Shown here: positions 26,909 to 46,234 of the stretch, piece by piece
Layout of the letters: each line of letters starts with the position of its first letter
Position numbering within the stretch: the first letter of the stretch is position 1
Assembly (NCBI GenBank): GCA_951406725.2
Contig: OX597823.1
Span: forward strand, 57,970,001-58,034,000
Reading direction: 5' to 3'
Source of the DNA: Octopus vulgaris
Lineage: Eukaryota
Length of the DNA: 64,000 nt
Made by a program: the position numbers and the translations under genes
The notes under the pieces: generated by a model
What the model saw: the letters and a program-made list of their open reading frames with translations, nothing else
The model's database searches: none
Told to the model about the DNA's origin: nothing

Positions 26909-28298
26909 ATTTATTCAATAATATATAGCATATACTGGTGTGCGAATATATATACATCTGTATTACAACATGTGTATATATGTGTGTGCTCGTCTGAGTC
27001 TTTGTGTGTCTCTAAGCGCGAGTGTATGAATATGTGTTTACATTTACTAAACGTTTGTGTGAATTTCTGTACGCTTAATGGAAATTATATATCATGACAT
27101 TAAAAAAAAAAGAAAAATATGTTACTATCGCGTGCTTGTTATTAACATCATCCTTATCCTTCATGCTTATCATTATCATCGTTATAACATCAACAGCAGA
27201 TATTATTTTCTTTATTAATATTACTATTACGACAAAAAGCAACATTGATACGGAGTTAAAGTAATGTTTCCTTCATTATTGATTTCGTAATAATGTTATT
27301 ATTGCTCTTTGGTTTTCGAGTAATAGTCCATTGTATTTTTGTTTTATTTTTTATTCTGTCGAAGAAATCTTTGATTACAATTCTCCTGTAACTTATTTTT
27401 CTTCTCCTTAAGGAATACCATACGAATAAAACTTTCAGGTTTCTTTTCCTTCTTCAACTTCCATTTTCTGTTGTTATCATTAGAAATATCCAGTTTTGCT
27501 TTTTGTATAATATATATATAATAATATATATAATAAGGTAACAGGCATACTCTTTGTATATAATAAGGTAACAGACATACTCTTTAAATTATCCCCCATC
27601 GTTCTGCTCATATCATATGTGGTTTACTCTGCCACTTTTCACTATTTCAGTCATCATTTATTAACATAATCCTCGCGCGCGAGTGTGTATGCTTTCGTCT
27701 TTTTTAATTTGATGCCTCTATAGAGAAAATTCTTACTTTCTGTTATCAGATATGCAGGAATTTGGGAATGCTTTGTATAGGTAAAGATTGCGTACATTGT
27801 AAACATCCGTGTATTGGAAATTGAAGGTAGAAAAGAGAAAACATGACACAATAAGAAAAACGATTGGGAATGGGAGAAAGTGTAAGAGAGGGAGAGAGAT
27901 TTATAGAATGGAGAGGATTTTTGTACATCCAATGTTAGAAATTGCAAAATCATGCTTGGGAAAATCTAAGAAGTTTAGACTCTGCCTGGTTGCTTTAACT
28001 ACAAGAGAATAACAAATATATTTCACCTTCAAATCACTCTTTACCCTCTTAGAAAAAAATGCTCTTTGAGCAATGTAGATCTTTTAGCAAAATGTCTGAT
28101 TAAGACATGGGATGGTCAGAGTTAGAACAAGATCCCTACTTATATGTGATCTGGACTGGTGTGAACTGTACTCCAGTAATAAAAAGAAATGTATAATATG
28201 TCCTGGAGGTATTACTGAATAAAAGGCAATACGTTCAATGCTGGAATGCCCTCGTCCATAGATATATTTCTTTTTTTTTACCTTCTAGAAAAATACCG

Positions 28299-28498
28299 AT
28301 CCATAAGGGACGGTTTCTCGGTTTCCTGGCAGGACGCCGGTCGTCGCAGCATTACTCATTTTTGCCAGCTGATTGACTGGAGAAACGTAAAATGAAAAGT
28401 TTTTCTCAAGAACATAACGTGTCACCCGGTACTGGAATCATAACCACAATCTTACGATCACGAGTCCAATACCCTAACTACTAAGCCACGCGCCTCCA
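28299..28498 (-). mobile_element. tRNA-derived SINE, body type B with the tail also seen at 60560-60630
   Basis: Minus head GGAGGCGCGTGGCTTAGTAGTTAGGG; body like 5355-5420; tail GCGACGACCGGCGTCCTGCCAGGAAACCGAGAAACCGTCCCTTATG. Confidence 0.75.
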
Positions 28499-29457
28499 TT
28501 CCATAGATATATTGGTTCAGAACTGACCAAAGTCTTAACTACAAAGCCAAAAGCAATAACGTATGATAGTTTGATAAATCTGGTAACATAAGATAATTTT
28601 ACTATCCTACTTCCGAGTTTGAAGCTAATTCACTTCACTATTCAAATGCTTTTCAAGTATTTCACAAAGGTAAGAATCTTATTTTCCTTTTTTACAGGTA
28701 CAACACTGTCTTTCAGGGCAATAATCGTCCAGAACCTCTTATAATTCACAATGATTTACGAGCAGGAATTTCAAATTCCTGCCGCTCCCTGACTAGTTTA
28801 TTGGGCGGCCCTATTTCACAATACTTGCCACAATAAAATTTTTATGAATTTCTTACGTTTATACTAATATAAAAGTGCCCGCATTTCATTTGATTATCTA
28901 ACTAAGTTTAATATTTGATTAGTTAGGTGGTGACCAGCCTTGGTTTGGGAAAATAAGGAAATCTCAACAGCTTCAAACGATCATATTGCCTCACTAATTT
29001 TTCGGAAAGTGGAAAGGGAAATTGAAAAAGAAATGATTTGAACTCAGTACGGAACAAACTGTTCTAAGCGAGCAGACCATGTGTAATTAGATGTGTAAGA
29101 GTAATATTTAAAAAAAGATTATTTTACATTATATCTTCGCGCACGAAACAAATCGGTCCGTATCAGCCAATTTCGGCCCTTTTAGGGGACATAGTTAGGA
29201 ACAATGTACTCCTCCGTACTCTACCGATTGTGTTATCCATTATCACGAAAACGTAGAAATTTTGTCGCTGATAGGCTGTAGTCCGTTATGTCTAATTTAG
29301 TAGATGTAATATCAGAAACTGGCGATATACATTACGGAAAAAGCATATATATACATATACATACATACACATACACATACACACACATACACACACACGC
29401 ACACACACGCACACACACAAATATGTGTCTATGTATGTATATAGAAATATATATATT

Positions 29458-29946
29458 ATGGAAAATGCGAGCAGGAAAAGTAATATTCTTAATAAACCTG
29501 GAAAAGTACAGGACAAGTTATTACACCTGTAAAAGTATAGGACGAGCTATTTCTTCTAGTAAAGTAAAGAATAAGTAACTTTTTACTTAAAATATTGCAT
29601 TGAGGAATGTCAGTTCTTCTAATTTATCACTCTTTACAGTTCTCATCGTTTAAATTTCAGCTAATTTGTAACTTTATCTAATTTGTTACATTTTTCTGTA
29701 TTTAAGATAGTAAATTAGCCAAATTCTACTTAAATAAGTATAGTGTTATTTGTAAACTATAATAAAATATTTTTTAATATTCAAATTTTAATTTTAGCTG
29801 CAATATTTTAAGTAAAGAGTTTCTTATTCTTTACTTTACTAGAAGAAATAGTTTGCCCTATACTTTTACAGGTGTAATAACTTGTCCTGTACTTTTCCAG
29901 GTTTATAATCTTAAGAAAATTATCTTTTATGCTCGCATTTTTCCAT
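29458..29946. mobile_element. Foldback/MITE-like element with ~140 bp terminal inverted repeats
   Basis: 29458-29599 is the near reverse complement of 29799-29946; 200 bp AT-rich spacer. Confidence 0.8.
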
Positions 29947-31282
29947 GTAATTCATGATTTTTCCAGGCATTGCTGTTATAAGATAATTAATAATGAGTCA
30001 ATTAATAATTTAGGATTTTACCTTATAAAATACTGGGTAGGTGTATACATTGGCTGCTATTTTTAGCGTGTCAAGCGACCAGGTAGAGGCTCTTTCATTG
30101 GTTTGATTGCGTGATGATAATTTTTTACAAATATATATAATATGCATATATATCGTCGGCAGAATTTAGAGAGTAAGTCAAAAGCTGAGAGTTTCGTATA
30201 TTGGTACTTATCAAACACGAATTTGTCCATTGACACTCTCTAACGTGTGACAAAATAACTTCTAAAATGCAAAATTTTGTCAAAAACGTTTAGAGTATAC
30301 TCTGTTGTGTGTGACACATTGTACCAGTATAGGAAATTTCAAAGTGTTTAGTTTAATAAAATTAATTAAATAATTTTTACGTCAAATTGAATAAATCCAA
30401 AATAGATAAAAAGCAAATTCAACCTCAACGGAATTTGAACTCAAAATGTAAACACAAGTTAAATACCGGTAAACATTTTTCCCCGGAGCGCTATCTTTTC
30501 TGCCAGCTTGACGTCTTATAAAGTAAGAATTCATTTTAGCAATATTCTTTATTCTTATTGCTAAGCGTTACTTCCTTACTCTCTTACTTACTGACACGAA
30601 CTTCCGTGGCATTTCACTCCGTAACTTTTCTTCTACTAATTTTTGTCCAATGCGACTAACGACTCTGAATTCCTCATACATTTTTCTATCATTTAAAGCC
30701 TAAGAAAGTAATACGTTTATTTTAAAATTTAAAAGTTTATGTTAATTGAAGGTGAATATTGTCACCCTTAAGGTCGCAGAAATTTTGATGTAACTTTTTT
30801 TCTATTGAACCAAATTTCAAACTGTTTATTCCAAAGTGTAGCTGAGGTGGTGTCGTCTTTAAAATTGCGAACAGTTTGCAATTTAGTTGAGAACTGAATT
30901 AGTGGTGAAGCTTGGAAGCTGCTGACATCATTACCACCCCCCATATCCATCCTCACGACAACCTCCACCAACAACAGGAATAACTATAACGTTATCGCAG
31001 TTGCTTCTATCTGTTCGCTTGATCAGCTGAAAAGTGTAGACAAATATCCCTCAAAACTCACACTAATATTTGATTCCCAAATAGGAGGAAATATCACATA
31101 CAGAAAAACCTTCCGATGGTCACGGTTGGAACAACACTTCATATAAAGTCAGCTCGATGAGAACTGAAACCGAGTTTAAACGACAGTAAAAAGAAAAAAA
31201 TGACGACAACCGGAATAACAACAGTAGCAGCAGCAAGAAGAAGAAGAAGAAGAAGAAGAAGAAGAAGAAGAAGAAGAAGAAG

Positions 31283-31343
<61 letters not shown>

Positions 31344-32032
31344 ACAAAGACGACGCGACGATGACAACAACAACAGCAACAGAAGCAGCAACAACTGCAA
31401 CAAAAACAACAACAACCACAACAACAACAACAACTACTACAAGAAGAGCCGCAGGAGCGACAATAGCATCAAAAGCAGCCTCGTTGAATTACCGCTTATC
31501 ATTTTTTACATGATTTAAATTGAAGACCTTGATAAGGAAATCTGCGTTGATGAGTTCTTAAAGGAAAAATGCCATACAAGAATCGATTAAATAGACGAAG
31601 CACTCCAGCGATATTATAAGGTGGCTCTAATGAGTTCTTTTTTCCTCTTCAGTAGATCAGCATTTATAAAATATGACAATAATTCAATTTAACAAATGGA
31701 TATAAAATATTCAATGATGAGCAATAAAAATTGAAAAGAGCGTAATAGAGAGCGAGGGGGAGGGAAGGAGAGACGGGGTGAGAAGAAAAAAATTAATAAT
31801 AAAAGTTGATATATTGGTAACAACAACAAGGAGATTGACAACCTGTAGAACAAGAGAAGCATGTGTGAGAAAACTATCATAATTATATTTCATATGGTAA
31901 TTGCTGCAAGTATAATGTTTGATATTCATAATGTTAGTACGATAAGGATTAAAGAAGCAAAAAGACGAAGTGTAAAGATAGAGCCGCATTAACACACACA
32001 CACATACACCAGACACAACACACACATTAATA

Positions 32033-32078
<46 letters not shown>

Positions 32079-32194
32079 GACACAACGCATATATGATTAT
32101 CTCTAAAATTTGCATATATATATATCTATATATATATGTGTGTGTGTCTGTGTGTATGTACACGCACACACGCATACACTCAGATTTGAATGCG

Positions 32195-35900
<3,706 letters not shown>

Positions 35901-36453
35901 AATGCAGCTGGTAATATCGTAATTACATATGTTTAGTAGCTAGCAGATGCACTGATGTAAAAATTACTCAACGACGGGTTAGCTTTAAATTAAAGCTGTC
36001 TAGCTGGCTTTGCCCAGAGTTCAGTGAGTTCGTTTTCTATATGCTTCAGTTCAAAGAGAGCGTTGTGATTCCGATCGCGGTACGCTTTCATGAAAATTTG
36101 TGCTGAAGTTCTCTGAAGACATCCACATCTGCACCACACAAAGTTGTTTGGGAAGAATGTTGCCATCCATTTCGGTGTTCGGCTTACCTTTCAAGTCCAG
36201 CTATATGTTTGCTAGAATATATATATATATATATATACATACATATACGTTTGTGCACATTTTCACTAAATATGACGAAACAAACACTTGATGAATATGA
36301 TTTTAACAAAAGAAAAGTTATCTTATATAAAAATTAAAGTTTCATATATTATATAGTATATCAAGCTTTATTATATTATGAAAACTCCTTTGAGATTTTA
36401 TGTCTATATTTTACAAAATCTTATCTATCTTTCTATGTAGTTACCTCAGTATA

Positions 36454-36521
<68 letters not shown>

Positions 36522-36530
36522 TACACATAC

Positions 36531-36574
<44 letters not shown>

Positions 36575-36724
36575 TAGCCGTTCTCTTATCTCCCTTTCAG
36601 CTACCAATTGATTTATCTGTTCTCACGTCAATATATGTATATTCACAAACAAGGTTATGCAGACATACATGCGCCATATATGCCTACATATTTACCTATA
36701 TATCTTCATACATCTATCTATCTA

Positions 36725-36759
<35 letters not shown>

Positions 36760-36826
36760 ACATATATATATATATGTGTGTGTATGTACGTATGTATATA
36801 TATATATATGTATATATATATTTATG

Positions 36827-36874
<48 letters not shown>

Positions 36875-37559
36875 AACTAGTGTTTACTGTGATACAACTT
36901 TAGCTTTAAATTAAAGCTGTCTACTTTGATTGAAGATTTTACTTTGAATGCGACGGTAAATTCTAAAAATGTATTGAAAATTTATTTTTCACTAAATATG
37001 ACGAAACAAACACTTGATAACTTGTAAGGCATTCGTTCACGAATACTATTGACTATTCTAGGTCCTAATTGTGTTTCCTTTATTTGGTTTCATTATTGGA
37101 AATATTGCTATTTCTTTTAATAACTCTTTTGTTTTAATATATATAAAATATATTTTTACCCTTTTTTTTAGTTATAACATTGTTGCTAAATTTCATCTTC
37201 AAACTCAAAACATCAATTGATTATTTTTAAGTTATCAAGTAACTTATAAAATGGAATTCCTATATGCCACGTTAGTCTATCAACAAATTTCTGAGATATA
37301 TAGAAGTCGTTCTTTTCACAAAGTTGGTTCCTGGAGATTTAAACAAAATTTCTATGGCAAGAATTGTTTGGACAATAAAAACGGATCTGATGTATTTGAC
37401 AACTTTTTCATTGCATAGGGTAAGAGATTTTCTTTAATACGTTTTGTAATAAAATGTTTTTGCTATTTTCAGTAAATACCGAAACAATGAGTTTCTTATC
37501 TAAGTTTTCCAATAATAAAACAAGGAAAGAGAAAACGGTGGACATAGAATTATATTTTA

Positions 37560-37808
37560 CCTTTTACTTCTTGTAGTCATTGGTTTGCAGCCATAATGGG
37601 GGCCTCCTTTTTTAGTGGTACAAGCAGCAAATCGACTTCAACAGATATGCATTCTAAGTCTAGTACTTATTCTATCGTCACTTTTGCTGACCTGCTAAGT
37701 TACAGAGACGTAACAGAATAATACCGTTAGGGGGACAAACACGAAGTCGCACACACATAGCTAATACATACTTATACCTATATATATAGATGAATATATG
37801 TGTGTATG

Positions 37809-37861
<53 letters not shown>

Positions 37862-37879
37862 GTACGTATATATATATAC

Positions 37880-37958
<79 letters not shown>

Positions 37959-38070
37959 TATATCCGAATTTAAAGTAGAAGACACTTGCTAAAGGTGCCA
38001 CTCAGTAAGCATGAACCAGGAACCAATGTGAATCAGAAACAAATGTCTATATTTACAGTTACACCCTTGC
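37560..38070 (-). mobile_element. Degenerate type C SINE split by expanded (TA)n
   Basis: 3' half 37560-37745 (gctaagttacagagacgtaa...gggggacaaacac) and head remnant 37975-38070 (agaagacacttgctaaaggtgccac). Confidence 0.75.
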
Positions 38071-38159
38071 GTATACCTCTGCTTGTATCTAGTTCTCGAT
38101 AGTTCGAACGAAATTCTACGATACTAGCGATCACAAGGTCGTTTCGTACGAAACTAAAA

Positions 38160-39557
38160 ATATCATGCAAATTAGGGGAAGTAATGTATATTCGCAATTA
38201 TACAGGAGATTGAAGACCTCACATTCAGCGGTGTTGGATGTTGACATAGTCATAAGAGAACTCGAGTAGGAACAAACTTACAAATACCTGGGAATAAACG
38301 TATGCTCTGGCATCCGGCATGCAAGCATGAAAGACATCAGGAGGGAATGTTGCAGGAGAGGTCGAGCATTCCTAATATCCGAGTTAAATGCACTTAACAA
38401 GATGTTAGCTATAAATTTATTAGCAGTTTCGGTTGTTATTTACAGTTTCAATGTGTTGAACTGAAATAATAGCGAAATAAGGAAAATTGACAGCAAAATC
38501 CATAAGCTACTGACTTGCAATAAGATGTCCTATCCAAAGGACGTGGATTGTTTTTACATACTCAGAGATCAAGGTGGTTGAGACTTCATCCAATTTGAAA
38601 TCTTTTAGAAAACCACCACAATCGGATTGGCAAAATATCTTGAAACATCTAACGACTAGATGCTAAATCTTGTTGAAAACCTCGAAAGATGTAAGAAACT
38701 TCATCCTGTTATGAAGGAGAGCTAAAAAATGTTCAAGTGAGTTTATGCATAACACCCAGGTTGAATAACATAATGGAAGTGCGGCCACAGTAGTTGCAAA
38801 GAAGGTGACATTAATAGCAAAGCAAAAGGTATTTGAAGAATTGGCTGAAAGGTGGGAACAAAATCCTCTGCATGGCAAATATGTGACCCGTAGCAAACAA
38901 GCTGATTTATAACAGAAGCACATCCGTCAGTGGCTACGTAGTTTAGGGCTAAGGGCAGAGAGTGAAGGCTTTATCTTAGCTGCTCAAGATAAGATCTTAT
39001 TGACCCAGAACTGTCAAGCCTATGTGATGAAAAATGGTGTAGATCCAAAGAACCGATACTGCAACGATGGGATTGAAACAGTGGACCACCTAATCTCTGT
39101 GTGTTTTAACAGCTGTAGAATACAAATCAAGACATGTCAGAGTTGGCCAGTATATACATTGGATAATGTGTCAGCATTATAAAACCGAAACTGCTTACAG
39201 ATGGAATGGTACAAACATCACCATGAAGCTGTAACTGAGGGAGAAAACGTAATAATATTTTGGGACTTGCCAATATGTACAGATCTGACCATGGAAACAA
39301 ATAAACTAGATATTGTTGCGAAAGATCAAAACGATAGTCTGTTTATTGATTGACATGAGCATACCCTGTGACCATAATATTTCGGCAAAAGAATTTGATA
39401 AGCTCAAAAAATATAAAGATTTGATAATCGAAATCGAAAAGATGTGATATCTCAAGATGGTTACAACACCAATGATTGTAGGAGTACTTGGAATGATAGA
39501 AAAATTAACCGAAAATTATTTAAGAATGATCCCTGGCTTACCGTCCATGCAGGAAGT
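38160..39557 (+). mobile_element. R4/Dong LINE fragment 1 (RT C-terminus, CCHC, RLE), many stops
   Basis: YKYLGI, LHGKY, FILAAQD, ETVDHLISVC, IFWDLPI, IDMSIPCD, KYKDLIIEIEKM; ends at LPSMQEV without a 3' UTR. Confidence 0.92.
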
Positions 39558-41005
39558 TGAAGAAATGTTATAGAAGAGTTCGAGCAGTCCTTAATTCTGA
39601 GGTGAATGCGTATAAGGTGTTAGCCATAAATTCCATAGCAGCCCCAGTTATTCTTTATTGCTTCAATGTGCTTAACTGGAATATCAATGAAATAATGAAA
39701 ATTGACAGAAAAATCCGCAAGCTACTGACTTGTAATAAGATGCACCATCCAAAGGCAGACGTGGATCGTCTTTACCTTCCCAGAGCTCAGGGAGGTCGAG
39801 GCTCGATCCAGCGTGAACTTACGTACAAAACTACCACAATCGGACTGGCAAAATACCTTGAAACAACCAACGATTGGATGCTAAAACTTGTTGAAAAACA
39901 TGAAAGACCGGAAAAACTTCACACTATTCTGAAAGAGAGCAAAAAATTCGCTATTATCTCTTAGATACCTACCAGATTGATCAGGTTGAAGGAAATACGC
40001 CAACCGCTGCTGCAAAGAAAATAAAATTAATTGCAAAGACAAAAGCACGTGAAAAATTAGCTAGCAGATGGGAATAGAAACCTCTGCATGGCAAGTATGT
40101 GGCCCGTAGCAAACAAGCTGATGTCGACCAGAAACACAAGCATCAATGGTTACGAAGATCAGGGCTAAAAATAGAGAGTGAAGATTTCATATTAGCTGCT
40201 CAAGACCAAAGCTTATTAGCCCGGAACTACAAAGCCAATGTGATAAAACATGGAACTGACCCAAAATGCCGATTCTGTAAGATGAGATTGAAACTATAAA
40301 CCACCTAATCTCAGGGTGTAGAATCTTAGCACCTGTAGAATATAAAGCAAGACATGAAAGAGTATTTACATTGGACAATATGTCGGTATTATAAAGTCAA
40401 AACCGCTGACAAATGGTATAAACACCAACCTGAACTTGTGACTGAGGAAGAAAATGTGTCGCTTCTCTGGGACTTCCTTGTACATACCAACAAAACTATA
40501 AAAGCTAATCAACCGGATATTATTATAAAAGATCAGACAAAAAATATGTGTTTATTAATTGACATGAGTATCCCTTGCGATCACAATATAGCGGCGAAAG
40601 AATTTGACAAGATTAGTAAATATAAAGACTTGCTAATAGAAATTGAATAAATGTGGCATCTCAAGGCGACTACAGTACCAGTGATTGTAGGATTTCTAGG
40701 AATGATAAAAAAAAAAGGTACTGAAACCTATTTGAAAATGATTCCAGGCTTACCGTTCCTACAGGAAGTGCAAAAAATTGTGTTAACTGGAACGACTCAT
40801 GTACTGAGAAGAGCATTATTGTTGTGAAAACAACATCCATTCGTGAATTTATTTATTAATTATTTTTTTTTTAATACATATTTTACCCGTGAATTTGCGT
40901 GTGTAATCTGGCAATGCATACGATAAGCTTCTCTGCCCTAGGTGTACGGAAAACACTCGGCGAGAAATGGAAGAAAATTTGAAGAAAGAAGGAAAGAAAC
41001 AATAA
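39558..41005 (+). mobile_element. R4/Dong LINE fragment 2 with 3' UTR
   Basis: HHPKADVDRLYLPRAQGGRG, AAQDQSL, CRFC...HLISGC, LLWDF, NQPDIII, KYKDLLIEIE, GTTHVLRRALL*; 3' UTR hairpin 40929-40966. Confidence 0.95.
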
Positions 41006-41021
41006 CTATAATATTAACAAT

Positions 41022-41221
41022 AATGGTTTCAAGTTTTGCCACAAGGGTAGTAATTTTGGGGAAGGACATAAGTCGATTACATCGACCAAAGTTTTGAGCT
41101 GGTACTTATTCTAACGACCCTGAAAAGATGAAAGGTAAAGTCAACCTCGGTGGAATTGGAACTCAGAACATAACGGCGGACGAAATGCCGCTAAGCATTT
41201 CGTCCAGTGCACTAACGATTC

Positions 41222-41222
<1 letters not shown>
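41022..41222 (-). mobile_element. Type D SINE
   Basis: aagtcgattacatcgacc...gatgaaaggtaaagtcaacctcgg...gctaagcatttcg. Confidence 0.8.
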
Positions 41223-41282
<60 letters not shown>

Positions 41283-41315
41283 AATGATAATAATAATTAT
41301 AATAATAGCTGGGCT

Positions 41316-41535
41316 GGGACCCCCTTCGGTCATGAATGACCATGAGATTGTACCTAGAAAGTTACCCTTCAAGGCACAAGTCCGGGCAAGGTTGTTTATG
41401 GAAGACCGGCAGTCGCTCATGCATACCAGCCTCCCCTCTCCACGCCACCAGTGTTACCCAAGGAAAAGGAAAAGGCCGATACAGTTTGGCACCTATGACG
41501 TCGCAACTCATTTCTACAACTAATTGAACTGGAGC
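41316..41535 (-). mobile_element. Type B SINE, 5'-truncated
   Basis: Co-linear with 5221-5383. Confidence 0.8.
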
Positions 41536-41542
41536 TACGCTC

Positions 41543-41738
41543 AAATCCTTACTACTATAGGCACAAGGCCTGACATTTTGGGGGAGGGGGCTTGTCAATT
41601 ATAACGATTTCATCGACCGCGAAAAGATGAAAGGCAAAGTGTGTTTCGGCGGAACTTGAACTGAGAACGTAGTTGCAGACGAAAAACTGCAAAGCATTTC
41701 GCCAGGCGTGCTAACGATTCTGCCAGCTCGCCAACTTA
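41543..41738 (-). mobile_element. Type D SINE
   Basis: ctataggcacaaggcctga...gatgaaaggcaaagt...gctaacgattctgccagctcgcc. Confidence 0.85.
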
Positions 41739-41756
41739 CATGATAATAATAATAAC

Positions 41757-41823
<67 letters not shown>

Positions 41824-41922
41824 GTAATAATAGTAATAATAATAATAATAATACGTTTAAATATTTGTTGTGCAAGATTTTTTATTGGCTAAACTGGCAA
41901 TATGATCATTCCGAAATATAAC

Positions 41923-41963
<41 letters not shown>

Positions 41964-42042
41964 TATTAATTAATTCTTTTTATTGGCCACAAGGGCTGAC
42001 ACACATGATAACATAAAGGGACAGAACAGGACGAAACTTTTT

Positions 42043-42804
<762 letters not shown>

Positions 42805-43212
42805 TCAGCTACAAGTTAAAAACTTTTGGAGAGACTTAATGAATTTGAGCAATAATAGGTAAAGACAATAAGACAGAACTCACAAAGAAATACCAAAATA
42901 TCTTCAGCAAATTGTAAATAACAAAAATTTAAGAAAAATAACGTTATAAAATATTTTTGAAAATTTCCTATATAAAATTAGATAAAATCAAGGACGTCCA
43001 ATCTTTTAATGAATAAAACATCGAGTAAAAACCTATCTAATTTATTGATCCTTGTTTATTTGACAACTTGTTTACAGTTCAAATAGTCTGAGGTCTGTGT
43101 TAGTATGTGAGAGTGCAAGTTTGAGTGCATGAATATGTATATATATATATATATGGAAACATAGACGCACATACATATGTATAGATATATACGTATATAT
43201 AGTTAGATATGA

Positions 43213-43260
<48 letters not shown>

Positions 43261-43620
43261 CTGTGTGAGTATATATGTTTATGTAAACGTATACTCATAC
43301 ACTAATATAAATAAAATGTATTTATACATTTAAATATTTCTATCTATCTATCCGTTTATCTATTTATCGCGTTATATAGACAGTTATATGTATATACTTC
43401 TATCTAAATAGGTGTTCACACACGTGCATACATACATACATGCATACAGATGTACATACATACATATATATTTATCTATCTATATGTATATAATATATTA
43501 TATATATATATACGCACAAAGATACACATATATACATACATATATACAGATATATATTGGATTAACTTTATACAGATATATAACTATATATATCTATATC
43601 TATCTATCTATCTATCTATA

Positions 43621-43666
<46 letters not shown>

Positions 43667-43999
43667 TACACATATATACTATGTATATATGAATTTATAT
43701 GCATATATATGTATGTATATATATATACATATAGATATGTATATACATACATATATGTATACATGCATCATTCTACTCTTATCCAATTTTATAGTAGAAA
43801 ACATTTGCCCAAGGTACCATGCAGCAGGACTGAATCCGGACCATGTAATTGGTAATACTTTACCGGAGAAGCAATTTTCATGAAGATAGACTTCATTAAG
43901 GGTTTTGATATAATATAATATAATATAATATAATATAATATAATATAATATATATATATATATATTAATATTATTAATATTATTATTATTATTATTATT

Positions 44000-44044
<45 letters not shown>

Positions 44045-44349
44045 ATAGGGACACCAAAGATAAATATTTGGTTGCAAAATTAATAGAGCTTGTTACTTCA
44101 TCTATAGTCATATGTCAAATTTGAAGGCATTGAAAATTGTTAACTTGAATTTGAGATGCGTTTGTCCGACGATTTGCAAAATTTAGCAGCTGCACCATTT
44201 CCTATAGAAAATACGTATTTATTTCAAATACAAGCAAGAGTTTTTAATTTGAAAGAAGTAGTCTTTCGTATCGGCCACAATACTGTACCGGTGCTTTTGC
44301 ACCGTGATATACCAGGCACTTCCAATACCCTTTGAAGGAATATTTAATA

Positions 44350-44565
44350 CCGGTTTTCAAATTTGGGCACTCGGACAGCAATTGATGGTGGGGGGAGGGT
44401 ATATCAAACACATCGACTCCAGTGATTAGCTGGTATATATTTTTTCACCTCGAAATGATGAAAGTTAGTATGGGGGACTCGGTGGACTTTGAACTCAGAA
44501 TACAAAGACGGGTTAAATGCCGCTAAGCATTTTGCCTTGTATGCTAACGTTTCTGCAAGCTCGTT
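44350..44565 (-). mobile_element. Degenerate type D SINE
   Basis: catcgactccagtg...tttgaactcagaa...aaatgccgctaagcattttgcc. Confidence 0.7.
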
Positions 44566-44635
44566 TCTTTAGGAATATTCAGTACAGATTTCCAACGAAC
44601 GCTAAAGACTCAAAGATTAGGATACAGGTAAATCT

Positions 44636-45027
<392 letters not shown>

Positions 45028-45028
<1 letters not shown>

Positions 45029-45098
45029 TTAAGAGCACTGGTTACTAACCTTAAGATTCCGAGTTTGATTCCAGGTAGTGACCTGAATAATGCTACTG

Positions 45099-45185
<87 letters not shown>

Positions 45186-45327
45186 TCGAAAAATACCTTA
45201 GGAATGAGAACCCAGGTTCGAAATTTCCCCAATACACCTAATGAAGGCTGGAGGTTATATCAGCCGAAACGTTGTGTTAACTACAAACAAGATGAGAACA
45301 AATATCCGTCAGATGTAAATAATGTAC
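45028..45327 (+). mobile_element. Inverted, A-box-truncated second copy of the hammerhead SINE (motif 45234-45277)
   Basis: Reverse complement of 44665-45013; ACAC CTAATGA A GGCTG-gaggttatat-CAGCC GAAA CG TT GTGT. Confidence 0.85.
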
Positions 45328-46148
45328 GGATATAATCGAAAAACTATTTTATCGACTCAAGAAAAAATAAAAATAAAAGTAAGTTCATCATCGATGTCCT
45401 TCGAACTCAGAACGCAATGCTCCGTGCCTAAACATCGACACTCTTAACAATTTGCCAAATTATTGAACTCTCGAAAACAAATACTAATTCCAAATATCAC
45501 TGCAAAATCACAAAATTTTCCGGGTAGGTAAAGTCGATAATATCGACTGCCTTGCATAATTGGTACCCGTTTCATCAATGCTGGGAGATTGCAATCCAAT
45601 GACGACTTCGATGAATGTAAATAACAGCAAGTAATTCCCTCAAGCAATTTCCTCTGCTGATTTTGGATATTCCCATCATTTACCCGATCTTTCTTTTGAA
45701 GATAAATAGTAAACGCACTGAAGTTTATTAATTTCTGGCAAATACGTTACGCATTGGAATATTTCTTTTATAATGTCCTTAATTATAAGTCATGTTTGGC
45801 TAAGAAAATTAAGGTATTATGCGTTGTTGTTGTTGTTTTTGTTTTTCTTGGTGTTGGTGGAGGTGAGGTGTTTGCGAAAAGGTATTGGGTTGGAGTAATT
45901 TTTAGCATTTGCAAGCCAAGGGATGTGTTTACCAGTTATTCGAACTAATGAGGTTTGAGAAGATAACAGACTTCCCTCATTTAGAAGAACTAAACTATTT
46001 GGTAACATTTCCCACCGCAAACTTTGAAAGTAACCAAACAAATGTAAATACATACATACGTACAAACATACATAAATACATATACACATAAATACATACA
46101 TACACACAAATACACAAACACACACACATACACAAATCTCTCTCTCTC

Positions 46149-46234
<86 letters not shown>

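Noticed and set aside
27527-27586. 30 bp tandem duplication; possible CRISPR-like repeat (also 61470)
   Set aside because: Only two units, no unique spacers, eukaryotic context.
28670-28697. Strong donor AAG|GTAAGA and acceptor TTTTTTACAG|G only 28 nt apart
   Set aside because: Too short for a typical intron and no convincing flanking ORF; needs RNA-seq.
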